64,000 bases of DNA from Octopus vulgaris (GCA_951406725.2 OX597831.1:58466001-58530000), one strand, 5' to 3'; counted from the stretch's first letter, positions 42,041 through 56,516 are shown. Numbers and translations are program-made. The notes: generated by a model from the sequence alone, not told the origin.

Positions 42041-42605
42041 TTGGGTTGTCCGGAAAGTTCGTGCCGATTTATAGTAGCTTATATCTCGACTTATTTTAGA
42101 ACATGGTTGAGCCCATAAAATAGGATTTAAATACATCTCTATTTAGAGCAAAGTTTAAGCTATCTTTTCGTGGAAGAAGGTTTATGTTCCTATAACCTGT
42201 GTTAATTCTGTAACCCTTTAAAATGGAAGATAAGAAATTTCATTTTCGGCACCTGATGCTTTTGGAACCAGACAAAAATTGCCGGAGCTCGGCTGGTATG
42301 TGTTACCCCACCCTCCATTTTCACCAGATATTGCTCCTTCGGATTTCTACTTATTCAGGTCTCTGCAGAATAGTCTTAATGGTAAAAATTTCAATTACTT
42401 GGATGACGTAAAAATATACCTTGATGAATTCTTTGCCATGAAGCCACCTCAATTCTAGGAATAGGGTATTTTCAAGTTAAAGGAAAGGTGGAGGGCATTG
42501 CGCAAAATAATGGTTCATATTTGGTTGATTAAAAATGTAATGACAAGTATTTATTGACATTTTTTCTTTCCTTTAAAAACGGCACAAACTTCCCGAACAA
42601 CCTAA
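42041..42605 (+). mobile_element. Internally deleted mariner with both TIRs and TA TSD
   Basis: TA|ttgggttgtccggaaagttcgtgccg ... cggcacaaacttcccgaacaacctaa|TA; MEDKKFHFRHLML fused to LPHPPFSPDIAPSDFYLFRSLQN. Confidence 0.92.
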
Positions 42606-43593
42606 TATTCAATAATCTTTTATTAATTACAAGAATCAGTCAACCAATAATTATAGATCGACTGATTCTCGTAATCTTTTTACTTATAAGGTCGTTCGTG
42701 AATAAAAATGTAAAAATACGATTTAAAAAAGTTTTTCGTCACGACCATTTTAATTCTATAATGAAACGTTCTACTCTCGTGAATGTATAGGCATTTGCGC
42801 TTGGTTTTTAGGAAGACTGAGCAGTTATATGTATTGCTCCTTCTTCCTAAGGCAATATCAATGAATAGGATTTTGATATTGTTTGAATTCACGCTAAATC
42901 TCTGATAAACGGTAAATTTGCGAATAGGATTTTTCAGAACTTCATTAAGCCTACCACCTGTACATCACAAGCAATAAATCAGATAATATACTATCTGTAT
43001 GATGTTCAATTATCTTATTTTTCACCCCTTGCCACAATGAAACGCCGCAAATAATTGGCCTGAGTGAAGAATCTATGGCTACTCTGTTTCTGAATATATA
43101 GAATAACCTTCGGGTTACAGAAAGAAACCTCAATTCTGAAGGTCAACAGGAACTTTCTAAGGAGATTTCTTGGTAAATTGGATGCTTTTATTGTAAAGTG
43201 TTTATACAATTTGCTGAATTTTCTGCCCGTTGTTTCCTATTCAAAATACTGGTGCAGACGAATTTCCACACTCATACTAGAAGTGTTACGGACTTTGTTA
43301 CATTTTCTTTTGTATAATTTCGAAATTTCTTAATTGTATGATGAGCGTTTATCGCATTTCTGACGTTTACTACATTTCTTCTGATTTTCTTTAGTTGCGT
43401 GGGTTTGAGATATTATATGTTGGAAGGGAATATTGACTTTGCGAAAACCAAAGATGCTATATTTAAAGAAACAAAAAACAAAAGTCATTAGTTGGTAAAA
43501 TTACCTTCCTACATAAAATCCACCAAAGAACGTACAATTAATTATGGAAGCTTTATAAATAGCAAAGTAGAATACAAAATGTTAATATAAGTA

Positions 43594-43755
43594 GGCGTAG
43601 GTTTGGCTGTGTTGTAAGTAGCTTGTTTACAAACCACATGGTTCCGGGTTCAGTCCCACTGCGTGGCACTTTGGGTAAGTGTCTTCTACTATAGCCCCGG
43701 GCCAACCAAAGCCTTGTGAGTGGATTTGGTAGACGGAAACTTAAAGAAGACCGTC

Positions 43756-43803
<48 letters not shown>

Positions 43804-43820
43804 CCGACGGTACACACGCG

Positions 43821-43861
<41 letters not shown>

Positions 43862-44066
43862 GACCGCGTGTGTACCGTCAGCGATTATTTTCCTCCATCT
43901 TCCCTTTTCTGGATCTTTCCTTTTCCTTTGTTTCTCACGAAGAGCTCCGCTCGAAACGTTAGACCCTCCTTCTTTCCTTCTTTCCCTAGCGTCCAATAAT
44001 ACTATATTTGTTCCACGTCCTCGCGTTGTTGTGTTTTCTCTTTGTGTTTTATGTTTGGATTAACTT

Positions 44067-44101
<35 letters not shown>

Positions 44102-44340
44102 ATGTGTGTGTGTGTATGTGTGTGTATGTGTGTGTGTGTGCATGTTTGTGTGCCTGTGTTTGTCTCCCCAGCATCGCTTGACAACCGATGCTGGGTGTGT
44201 TTACGTCCCTGTAACTTAGCGGTTCGGCAAAAGTACTAGTCTTACAAAAAATAAGTCCTGGGGTCGATTTGCTCGACTAAAAGGCAGTGCTCCAGCATAG
44301 TCACAGTCAAATGACTGAAACAAGTAAAAGAGTAAAAGAG
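43594..44340 (+). mobile_element. SINE family A with a nested element in its internal (TA)n
   Basis: Head ggcgtaggtttggctgtgttgtaag, tail caagtaaaagagtaaaagag; 43801-44064 is foreign sequence within the microsatellite. Confidence 0.9.
43801..44064 (+). mobile_element. Hammerhead-bearing element copy 2 with inverted 5' arm
   Basis: 43801-43825 is the reverse complement of 43860-43884 (24/25); HHR motif GUUU-CUCACGA-A-GAGC ucc GCUC-GAAA-CGUU-AGAC at 43930-43964 (G5 changed to C). Confidence 0.8.
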
Positions 44341-44977
44341 TATACAAATACAACACCCGTCGAATTAGTTGTGAAGCTATCTCGGGGTTATTCCGAGACC
44401 TCTGCATATCTCACGAAAATATGGATCAGTGTCTTGGAAGCAATTTCTAAAATGCAGGCTGAAGCATGGCTCTTTATAGATGATCAACTATTGCCCATGT
44501 TTACTTGTTTCCACTCTCCCCGTCTAAGATGTAGTGTAAAGGAAAGGCAAGTGTCCCCAGAGCCATTAGATTAAAAAAATTATTGATCGGCTTCGACCAG
44601 CTAGGTGCAAAGTTGGGAGGAAAGATCTCGGAGTGAGTTGAACAAAGAATGCGGATATCCAGAAAGGATATTGTATTATACTCTATCCAAAAGTGTGTGG
44701 ATTCTGAAAGTTCACCATCTTGATTCAGAACAAACAATTAATGATTTATAAACCCGATGCTACCAAGTTATGAGTTACAATATCCTATGCTGGCTCCTAC
44801 AAGGAAGCAACAGTGATAGTGCCACTTATGCCACTTTCAGAAGTGTCACATATGCCACCTATTCAGAAGACGAGATAAGGAGTAGACCTGTAAACACGAA
44901 TGTAAAAATACAAATGGAAATTCATTCTTTTAAATTAAACATAAAGTCTTAATAAGTATAGATACAAAAGTAAAAAA

Positions 44978-45198
44978 ACTCTTTACTCTTTTACTTGTTT
45001 CAGTCATTTGACTGCCGCCATGTTGGAGCACCGCCTTTAATCGAGGAAATCGACCCCGGGACTTATTCTTTTGTAAGCCCAGTACTTATTCTATCGGTCT
45101 CTTTTGCCGAACCGCTAAGTAACGGGGACATAAGCACACCAGCATCGGTTGTCAAGCAATGCTAGGGGGACAAACACAGACACACAAACACACACACG

Positions 45199-45268
<70 letters not shown>

Positions 45269-45429
45269 TATACGACGGGCTTCTTTCAGTTTCCGTCTAC
45301 CAAATCCACTCACAAGGCTTTCGTTGGCCCGAGGCTATAGTAGAAGACACTTGCCCAAGGTGCCACGCAGTGGGACTGAACCTGGAACCATGTGGTTTGT
45401 AAACAAGCTACTTACCACACAGCCACTCC
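44978..45429 (-). mobile_element. SINE family A
   Basis: Full copy. Confidence 0.92.
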
Positions 45430-46654
45430 ATATATAAGTATAAATAAAAAAACTGAAAAATAAAACGAGAATTAATTCTTCTAGGAAGCACCTACACGTA
45501 ACCACATAACCTTTAACACGCACACATACACAATCAAACACGCATACATGCTATACACCCATACATATAATACCATACAAATCTTTATATGCGCATAGAT
45601 TTATAAAAAGATTAGCAAGAAATTAAAAACAGACTTTTATATATCTTATTAGAATTTATTCCAGTAATTAATACTAAATTTCTATGCTGGAATCAAGAAA
45701 AATGCTAACAGTCTATTTTTGGAACATAGTGTAGTTGGAAATAGTTTTATATATATATATATATATAAACAAAGAATAATAGAGGTATATTCAATTCATT
45801 GATATTGATTTATGTGGCTTCAGATTTTGACATTCTGTTTGAGACATATGTGCAAAAGACTTCTTCCATTTAAAAAAAAATACTTAACATTAACGTTGAA
45901 TTCAAACTAACAGTTGCGTTTAAGAAGCGAGAGTTATTTCCATCTGCAGAGTAGCTGAAAATAATGTAGAAGTGTCCTTGTATGGTCTCTGAAAATGTAA
46001 TGGAAAGAAACGAATTTTGCATGAATACATTTCCTAAATTAATTTAAGTACTAGCGCATTTAAATTTTAGTAAATTCTCTGCATATCTAACCTGCATATC
46101 TTCTCCTCGTTTCGTTCACCGCCAATTTTCAATTAAGTCACATTATTTGCTCGCAAATGCTTACGTGACATTACGCACGATAAACCTTAAAATTACAGTG
46201 TTCTTCGAAATATTACTTGATGTCTGTTGCGTTAAAATAGGCAGGGTGCCATGCAATGGAATTACCTGATTGCTACCGGTATTGGTGTTTTGTTATTTCG
46301 ATTGATTATAGCGTTTCAGGAATATTAATTTATCTGGAATAATTTTCCAAATATTAACCCAACCTCAGAAATTACTGACTTGCATATGGCTTTTGTCAGT
46401 AATGTGCTCTTAATAATCATTGCTCTCCTCGTTGCTTTCTCCCTGTCTCCCTGTCTCCCCCTCTCTTTCTTTTTCTCTCTATGTTTATCTGATTGACTAA
46501 CTGTCCCTCTCGGTATGTCTGCGTCTCTATCTCATATAAATTACTGAAAAGCATTTCTAATCACGACAGCAATTATATTTAGACATAGAGTGATTATATC
46601 AACAAAATGTCGTTGAACCGAGAATAATAATGATACTAATGATGGCAGTAAAAG

Positions 46655-46783
46655 AGACGACGATGATGGTGATGATGATGATGATGATGGTTGTCGTGAT
46701 GGTTGAGCTGCTGCTGATAATGATCACTATGTAAACGGAGGCGACGTGGTAGTCGCTGTGATGATGATAATGATGATGGTGAA

Positions 46784-46816
<33 letters not shown>

Positions 46817-46992
46817 AATGATGATGATGATGGTGGTGGTGGTGATGGTGAAGAGGAGGCGGATGAATTTTGGATGTGGCGATAGTGATGGTTGTGATGA
46901 TGATGATGATGATGACCACGACGATGATGAAAATAATGACGATGCGAACGAATAATGACATTGATGAGGGCGATGATAAAGCTGCTATTATC

Positions 46993-47026
<34 letters not shown>

Positions 47027-47190
47027 CGAAGCATGATGATGATGAAATTAATGACGATGATGATAATGATGCAAATAATGATACTGATGATGGTGAAAGT
47101 GAGAATAAAAGTGAGTAGTAGTAGTGGTAGTAGTAGTAGTAGTAGGTTAGTGATGATGCTGACAACGATGATAGATGATGATAATGAGGT
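46655..47190. repeat. (GAT)n-rich low-complexity tract
   Basis: Direct reading; explains the poly-H/S/M/D ORFs in all frames. Confidence 0.9.
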
Positions 47191-47801
47191 GAAAGTGAAT
47201 AAAACGCCGTTTAATAATATTACTAATATTCGTAATAACAACACACTCGTAGTGGTTACACACTATTTGTCTTCCAATAGAAGAAGACAGAAAAATTAAA
47301 ACATGTTTGCGTGATTTATTATTGATACGATAGTAAATGCGGTGTTGGATCACGTATTTAGCACGACATCAGACATTTTGTTGGTAAAAGCCGACTGAAT
47401 GGTGGTAGGATACTCGTAACATTTAAAATAAAAGACCAAAAGCTTTTTAAGTATGGATTGAATCTCTGATAGCTCTACTTCGGTTATGGATCTAATGTTT
47501 AAGGTTTGATAAAAGACAAATTACTTTGAAGAATATTCATCAAGGCCTCCTTCTCCACTGTAAATAGCAAGGAAGCGAATGAAAGGGAAGTTGTACATGT
47601 TACATATCTCTAAATCAATTTAGAAAAGTTCCTCCAGCATTTCATAATGTTATGTAATATAAATTCTAAGGCGTTGCTGACGTCAAAGGCGAAACGGTCC
47701 CTCAATACAGAACATTCCCACACATGCACACAGACAAACATGCATGTATACATATTTATATACACACACACATATACCAATAGGTATAGATACATACGTA
47801 T

Positions 47802-47856
<55 letters not shown>

Positions 47857-47935
47857 GTAGTGTATGTGTATTGGCTTATATATTATGCTTATATCTATAG
47901 ATTGATATATCTACGAATAAGAGAAATGTATATAG

Positions 47936-47982
<47 letters not shown>

Positions 47983-47986
47983 TGTA

Positions 47987-48022
<36 letters not shown>

Positions 48023-48583
48023 CATATAGAGCTATATCTATCATATATTATATATATATATATATACAAACACACACACAGATATATATATATATATATA
48101 CATATACATGTATGTATATACACTTTTGTTTATGAACAAAAATGGAAGAAAGAGTTCAATAGAGATTTTATTATCTAACATAGAAGGATCACTGCCATAG
48201 AGCTTTACGCATCTCTGACTAAGTGAAGCACATATATACTCTCATACATACAAAAATACATATATAAACACACGTATGTTTAGATGCCAACACAAGCACA
48301 TTATAAAATATGAATATGTGTATATATACACAAGCACGTTTATGTTAAATATGGAACAAAAGAGTATTGAATACTTGATTTAGAGTTTATTTTTATTCAA
48401 CACTGAAGGATAGCTGACATATATCTTCATGCATCCTTTATTATGTGCAATACATGCGTAATACCCACATAAAAATAAACTAAGATACATATTTATTATA
48501 AAAACACAATAACATACACATACATATATACAAACGCACACACTCACACAAACACTCATATGTATGTATTTATAATCTCTAAT

Positions 48584-48665
<82 letters not shown>

Positions 48666-49978
48666 GTATATATATATATATATCTTACATTTATCTGGAC
48701 GTGAAGAAATTCAATACGTGTCGTGAAGTTTATATTCTTTTATTTACGCTGGAAGTCACAGTTACACACCTTCACGCATGTGTGACTGTGTGCAATACAT
48801 ACATACATACATAAATACATACATACATACATAAATACATATATACATACATAGATACATACATAAACCCATCCATCCATCCACATACACAGACACAGAC
48901 AGACACATACACACGCACTCACACACACATATATATATATGTACATATATACTTACATACAGACACATACAAACACTCACACATACAAACAGCCCCCCCT
49001 CCACACACACACATATACCTACATGATCTCTGCAACTTGATTTCGGGCAATACCAATGCTTGATTGTTCTCTAAATTTTGCCCCATCTATTCCTAACAGT
49101 CTTACACTCCTTTGCAAAATGTGGCAAAGATGGGCGCCTCTTGCAGTAGGTGTTTAGAGAGCTTACCACACACGCTGATACATGCCTTCATTCCATCAAC
49201 GAAATTTCCCTTGAGTATTTTGTATTTTTGCGGTTAATGCCAACCATAAAATGCAATATATTATAGAGAAATTCGCCAATAAAGCGATTTCTGTGTCTGA
49301 AGCTTTTTAAAGTGAAGAATGACCTCGTAGAGCGCGCAATCACACTTTCGGAATAATTTTCCCAATAAGAACTAGCCCACACCAAATGATGCAAACGAAA
49401 TCGCAGGTGTTACTCTTTACTGTTGGAGAGCCAATTCTTCTATTGTCTCCATCCGCCTTGTGAGAGGTTTTGGTTCTAATCTTGCAGGTCGTTAAATGAA
49501 AATATATTAGCTAAGTTGGCCAGTTCAGTCATCAACGACTCGACTATGACACAGGTTCTACTGGTTACCACGAAGAGTGATCTACTTACATAAATATATA
49601 CACATAAAATAAAAGTATACTTATACTCACCTGTTTATATATACCCATACTTATTCATATTTACATAGTTGATTATTTTATAACAAAGTGAGCAGACAAA
49701 TAGGAGGTAGGTACACGGAGAGGGGTGAAGAAAAGGTAAGTTTTGCTGTAGTGACTCATTAAGTAACATTATGTATACGTCATTAGTACAACCAAATAAC
49801 TTTTAGAGGCAATTAACAACATGATGCCAATTCTTAAAGATGGAATCTACTTTAAAAGACTGTACGTATTTCTCTAGTCACTATAGACATAGCCCGAACT
49901 ACATATTCAAATAATTACAAAACCCTAGTAGCATATATGTATGTCTCTTTCTGCCTCTCTCTCTCAGTCCCTCTGTCG

Positions 49979-50034
<56 letters not shown>

Positions 50035-50410
50035 ACACACACATGTACACGCATACGTACATAAACATATATCTATATATACATAGATAAATATATACAT
50101 ATATATATATTTATATATGCATACACACACCTACACTCACACATATATAAATTATACATATGTATATACATATACATATATATTAAACATATAAGTATGT
50201 ATACATACAGATCTACATACATAGATATATGCAATGACATATACAAAACCTAAAATATACATATATTCATATCTTTATATTCACATGTGTATATTTACAC
50301 TCTGACGCATACGCACGCTAGTATATCTATTTATAAAAGGAAACACAGGAAGCACATAAAAGCATACATATAGATATATACACTCAAATACACACAGATA
50401 TATAATGATG

Positions 50411-50494
<84 letters not shown>

Positions 50495-50495
50495 C

Positions 50496-50536
<41 letters not shown>

Positions 50537-51904
50537 TGCTTAAAGGCCTGAGGGCAGAAATTCTATTTATATAGTGAAAATCATTACTGCACTTCTATAT
50601 CTGACAAATGCCACATTGCCTCTCTCCGTGCGTTTTCTAAGCATGTTTTGGGAAATTAATTGTTTCGATATATTGATTTACTTAATTGTGCTTCAGTGTA
50701 ATAAGTTTCAGTACTAATATTAAAGCTAAAAATGTATTTAAAAAAAACACTCTGAAAATATATAATAAATGTGACTAAAGGAATATTGAAACAAGAGAAA
50801 CTTATATCTTCTGTTTTTCCAAAAAAAAAAAAAAAAAATGAAAAAGAAAAATGTATCGTATGGATTTTCATATGTTTTATTCGTGCAAATATGGCAGCAA
50901 TAGCAGCAGTTTTAAATCACATATATCTCCTATGCGGTAGATGCAGATCACATATGGCAGTACGCATCAAGAAGCAGCAGCAGCCAGATGTATATGAAAA
51001 TACAATATGCTTATTAGATTAAGCAAAATGTTTAGCGAAATTGCCATTGCTCCACCAGAATTTATAGGCGTAGGAGTGGCTGCGTGGTAAGTAAATTTTA
51101 TTGATCAAATTCTTACACCTATTTGATCTTCTGTTACAAAATATTGTTTCCTAGTGTAATACAAGTCGAAAGTGTGTACTTGTAATTTGCTTTTGACTCT
51201 TCCAGGCTTAGGATATTCAGGAAATCTACAGAGTAATGTTTGATTATTCGACTCGTATTATTTCTTATGAGTTGCATTGTCTTAGCTATATAAAAAATAA
51301 ACACATTTATATCTGATAATGCCCCTTGCAAATAATGCTACTGAATATTATGTACTTGTCGCCACATATTTTAGCAAGAGTTTTCTTCTTTATCGTTTTT
51401 ATCATCGTCTCGTAAACACAAAAACATAAATATAGAAAGCAGCCGAAGAACATCTATCTTTAATATCAATCTGCTATATATTACCATATTTTTTACTTAA
51501 ATATCTAGCAATTTAGTTCATAGTCATTTTAAAAACTACAGTTAACAGCAAAGACAATTAAATGCAGTTCCGATAAAAGTTGAGTTAGTTTTGAAAGATT
51601 TGTACTCTTAAAACAGAGAGACGGTTCATAACACTATCCAGCATGCAAATTTTTAATTTACGCCAAATATTAACTTGGCCATTGTAATGGATTTAATTAT
51701 TCTCGTAATTATACCCCATTGTGGAAAAATCGCTCCCAGTCAATTTTTTAATTACCGTATGAATCATTTACATAAAACGCGATTTCCTGCAATAAGCCAC
51801 CTATAGTAATATCCCGATGTTGAAGCAAATACTGCCATGGGGTTGTGAAAGACAACATATATACATATATATGCATGCACACATATCAATACATCTATCC
51901 ACAC

Positions 51905-52305
51905 ACATCCTTCCTCCCAGTTTTCGAAACCGGATTGGAATTCGTGCTCCGTAAGCGAGTCGAGGATCTTCTCCAACTTGCTCTGCATCTCGTCAGTGGG
52001 GTTAAAACGGCAACCTTTGAACTGCGTTCTCAGCATGGGGAAGAGATGGAAGTCTGTTGGTGATAACCCTGGCGAGGAGGGTAGGTGCGGAAGCGATACC
52101 ATTATCGTTTTTAGATAGAAGGTGACGAGTGAAGAGAGCTCGGTGACGAAGCATTTGCGTCGTGAAAAATCCAATTATTTGCGCTCCAACGACTCGGTCG
52201 CTTTCGCCGAATGTCTCCCTGAAACGTTTCGAAACGTCGCAGTGGAATTCTCGATTAAAGGTCTGGCCCTGGGGAACGAATTCTCGGTGTACAATGCCCC
52301 AGTTC
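51905..52305 (-). mobile_element. Mariner transposase 3' fragment
   Basis: GIVHREFVPQGQT..., WIFHD, LPHLPSSPGLSPTDFHLFPMLR..KGCRF. Confidence 0.85.
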
Positions 52306-52349
52306 CGGGGATGGCACTTGTGACTGGTCTTAATCGCTCATTGCCTTTC

Positions 52350-53070
52350 AGGGACGTACTTCCGCTTTCGAAAGAAAATAACCAAGTAGATTCCCAATGT
52401 AGATTATGCAAATCAAAAGAGGAAAGCGTTCCTCATATAGTATGTGAATGTAACACGCTGATACAAAATACAAGAAAAGACATGACAATCTAGGGAGAGC
52501 AATCCACTGGGAGCTATGTAGAAAGCTAGGATTTGAACACACTGATAAATCGTATGAACATGAACCCAGTAAAGTACTAGAAAGTAAGAAATACAAGACG
52601 TTGTAGGACTTAAAATTCAGTCTGACTCAGTAATAGAAGATAGAAGGTCTGATTTGCTAGTAGTAGATAAAGAGAATAGTAAGTACCAGATAATTATTTA
52701 CAGTCCTAAATGATGAATAAATTAATGAGAAGTATAAAAAAATAGGAAGGTACCAGAACCTAGCTATTGAATTACAGAGGCTATGAAAAGTGAGAGTAAA
52801 AAGTATCCCAGTAGTTATAGGCTCCTTGGGAGCTATCTCGAAAGATCTGAAGAGATGGTTGGAGGAAATAGGCATAAAACCCAGTTTAGTATAACTGCAG
52901 AAAACAGTGTTATTAGGGAAAGATAGGATACTTAGGAGGGTTCTTGGCATCTAAGGTTACTTGTTGTAACCCGATGTTAGGATTCTTGTCTTTTACAACA
53001 TTCAAATCTGTTGAGTGTATATGAATAATAACAATAATAATGATAGTAATAATAACAACAGCAACAACAA
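52350..53070 (+). mobile_element. R4-type LINE 3' remnant (RLE domain)
   Basis: CRLCKSKEESVPHIVCEC, RHDNLGRAIHWELC, RSDLLVVDK, IPVVIGSLG, LQKTVLLG..RILRRVLGI*, short UTR, then an aataat tail. Confidence 0.88.
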
Positions 53071-53239
53071 TAAACGAATATAAAAATCGCCACGATAGAG
53101 TGGAACAGTATTTACTTTGGAAAATATGTGAACACTAAAATCAGCAATCCTGCTTACTGGCTTCCAGGATTGTAACAAACATGAAGATTAAAAGTAACTA
53201 ATAATAATAATAATTATTATTATTATAATAATGATAATA

Positions 53240-53310
<71 letters not shown>

Positions 53311-53333
53311 TATATATACACACACACATATAT

Positions 53334-53731
53334 ACTCTTTTACTCTTTTACTTGTTTCAGTCATTTAACTGCGACCATGCTGGAGCACCACCTTTAATCG
53401 AGCAACTCAACCCCGGGACATATTCTTTTGTAAGCCTAGTACTTATTCTATCGGTCTCTTTTGCCGAACCGCTAAGTAACGGGGACATAAACAAACCAGC
53501 ATCGGTTGTCAAGCAATGCTAGGGGGACAAACACAGACACACAAACACACACATGCATAGATATATATATATACATATATACGACGGGCTTCTTTTCAGT
53601 TTCCGTCTACCAAATCCACTCAGAAGGCTTTGGTCGGCCCGAGGCTATAGTAGAAGACAGTTGCCCAAGGTGCCACGCAGTGGGACTGAACTCGGAACCA
53701 TGTGGTTGGTTAGCAAGCTACTTACCACACA
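53334..53731 (-). mobile_element. SINE family A (first ~20 nt of head missing)
   Basis: Near-full copy. Confidence 0.9.
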
Positions 53732-53743
53732 ATATTTATACAT

Positions 53744-54599
<856 letters not shown>

Positions 54600-54610
<11 letters not shown>

Positions 54611-54797
54611 TCTTTCTATGTTTCCCTCTTTCTCTCCTTTTTTCTCTCCTTGTTTCTCTCCTTGTTTTCTGTGTGCCTTTCTGTAGAAGAACGTAGGCTA
54701 GAAACTTAAAAGACTTTTTCTATTCCTGAGCGCTATACTAATACATCTGTTTGTTTTGTACACCACCTATCTTCGTCTTTTGTTTTTTGTAAACTCT

Positions 54798-54800
<3 letters not shown>
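54600..54800 (+). mobile_element. Related (TA)n-abutting element with degenerate hammerhead motif
   Basis: Pyrimidine-rich flank, CUUU-CUGUAGA-A-GAAC guag GCUA-GAAA-CUUA-AAAG (54677-54712), shared downstream ttcctgagcg...aatac motif, ends in (TA)n. 5' boundary approximate. Confidence 0.55.
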
Positions 54801-54843
<43 letters not shown>

Positions 54844-56132
54844 CGAATGCAAATGGGCACGTGTTTGCATTGCCTCGTCATTTATTCATTAAATCATAAT
54901 ATAACATAACTACGCATTGATGTGAAACCACGCAGGCAATATTGAAAATTTTACTATCGAATGCTCCTACTTAATATACATGCGTGCATGTGTAAGTGTA
55001 TACACACACGCACACATACACACACTTACACACAGACACACGCACACATACCTAAATACGTACATACATATACATACTTGTATATTTGAGTGTGCGTGCG
55101 TGTGAAGATCTATTACCTAAGCATAAACGTCATACTGAATTAATTACTGGTATTATTCTTTCGACTTAATCCATTGAAATCAGTAAATCAACATGGCTGC
55201 AGTCTACTGATAGAATTGCATAAAACAATTAAGGTGCGTTTGAAATAATAAGTGGCCATTAGTAGAAGATATGCATAAAATATGCGTATCATTAAAATTT
55301 TAAAACTTTTCTAATACAATAAGAGGTGTTTTAGTATTTTCTGCTATTGATATGATTGATATGTTTCTTACGAAATCCTAAGTGTCATAAATGGTATTTT
55401 ATTGAGATATACATTCTTAGATGCAAGTCATCAAGTGTAAAATTGTCTATGAATGGATATAATTAGAAGACATGTTAAGTCTTTTTAAACTTGTATCAGT
55501 AAATTGTTTTAAAATGTTTAATAATAAAGAAATAATATCTAATATGCCAACAAGTACAATGTGACAATAAGTACAATTTCCTGCCGTTTAGTCATTCAAA
55601 GACTTGATGCACTCCTTGTAGATAATAGCGAATTACTTTGCCGATGAGAATCAGATTTAATGAGACTGTATTTCAATGAGTTTCAATTAATAGACACATT
55701 AAAGTCTTTTATTAGTTACCATTATTAATATTTGGAAAACATGATAATCACGGTTTCCTATTTCACTTCAAGTAAAACATAGAGCAAGTATATCTCAGGG
55801 AGAAAAATGAAAAGTTAACGTTTGCAAATGGTAACTTTTGTAGATCGTGCAAACTTGTTTCTAGTCTCATTAATGATATTTTATGCCGTGTTTGATTCCT
55901 TGTGAAGAGAAATCACAAATTAAAACGGATGTTCCAAAGGAATTTTGACCAGAAGAAACTGTTATTAAACAAATTGATTTCTTAATTACAGCGAGAAGAA
56001 TGAATGATTTTTATCCTCTTAACTTCAATAATATACAATATACATCATGTTTTTATATCTATGAAGACTTAGAAAATAATAACTACCTCGAAGTGTCAAT
56101 AATTTCCCAATTCTCAGAATTGATGTATATAT

Positions 56133-56203
56133 GGCATATGGCGTAGTGGTTAAGAGCGCCGGCTGCTAAATCCAAGATTCCGAGTTCGATTCCAGGCAGT
56201 GAG

Positions 56204-56237
<34 letters not shown>

Positions 56238-56290
56238 TTAATAATAATAATAATGATAATAATAATAATGATAATAATAATAATAATAAT

Positions 56291-56336
<46 letters not shown>

Positions 56337-56510
56337 TCGAAACATACCTTACGAATGAGAACCCAGGTTCGAAATTCCCCCAAGATACCTGATGGAGTGT
56401 ATATCAGAAGAAAGGTTGTGTTAACAACAAACAAAATGAGGACAAATATCCGTCAAATGTAAATAGTGTAAATAATGTACATAATTCCTCATTTCTTAAA
56501 TATAGAACTA
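56133..56510 (+). mobile_element. tRNA-derived SINE, family C (tRNA head + (AAT)n/(AAC)n + unique tail)
   Basis: A box TGGCGTAGTGG, B box GAGTTCGATTCC, anticodon-like loop CTGCTAA; acceptor stem does not pair, so not a tRNA gene. Confidence 0.75.
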
Positions 56511-56516
56511 TATACA

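Noticed and set aside
42700-43530. Possible very old Penelope-type ORF remnant
   Set aside because: Only faint motif echoes; not supportable by eye.
46599-47299. Long ORFs rich in His/Ser/Met/Asp
   Set aside because: All frames are by-products of (GAT)n low complexity; no splice or domain support.
49030-49500. CSRCLES..TLIHAF, like an L1/Tx1 C-terminal zinc knuckle
   Set aside because: Single weak motif without flanking support.
56133-56206. tRNA-Ser(GCT)-like gene
   Set aside because: Acceptor and anticodon stems do not pair properly and it runs into a microsatellite; treated as a SINE head.
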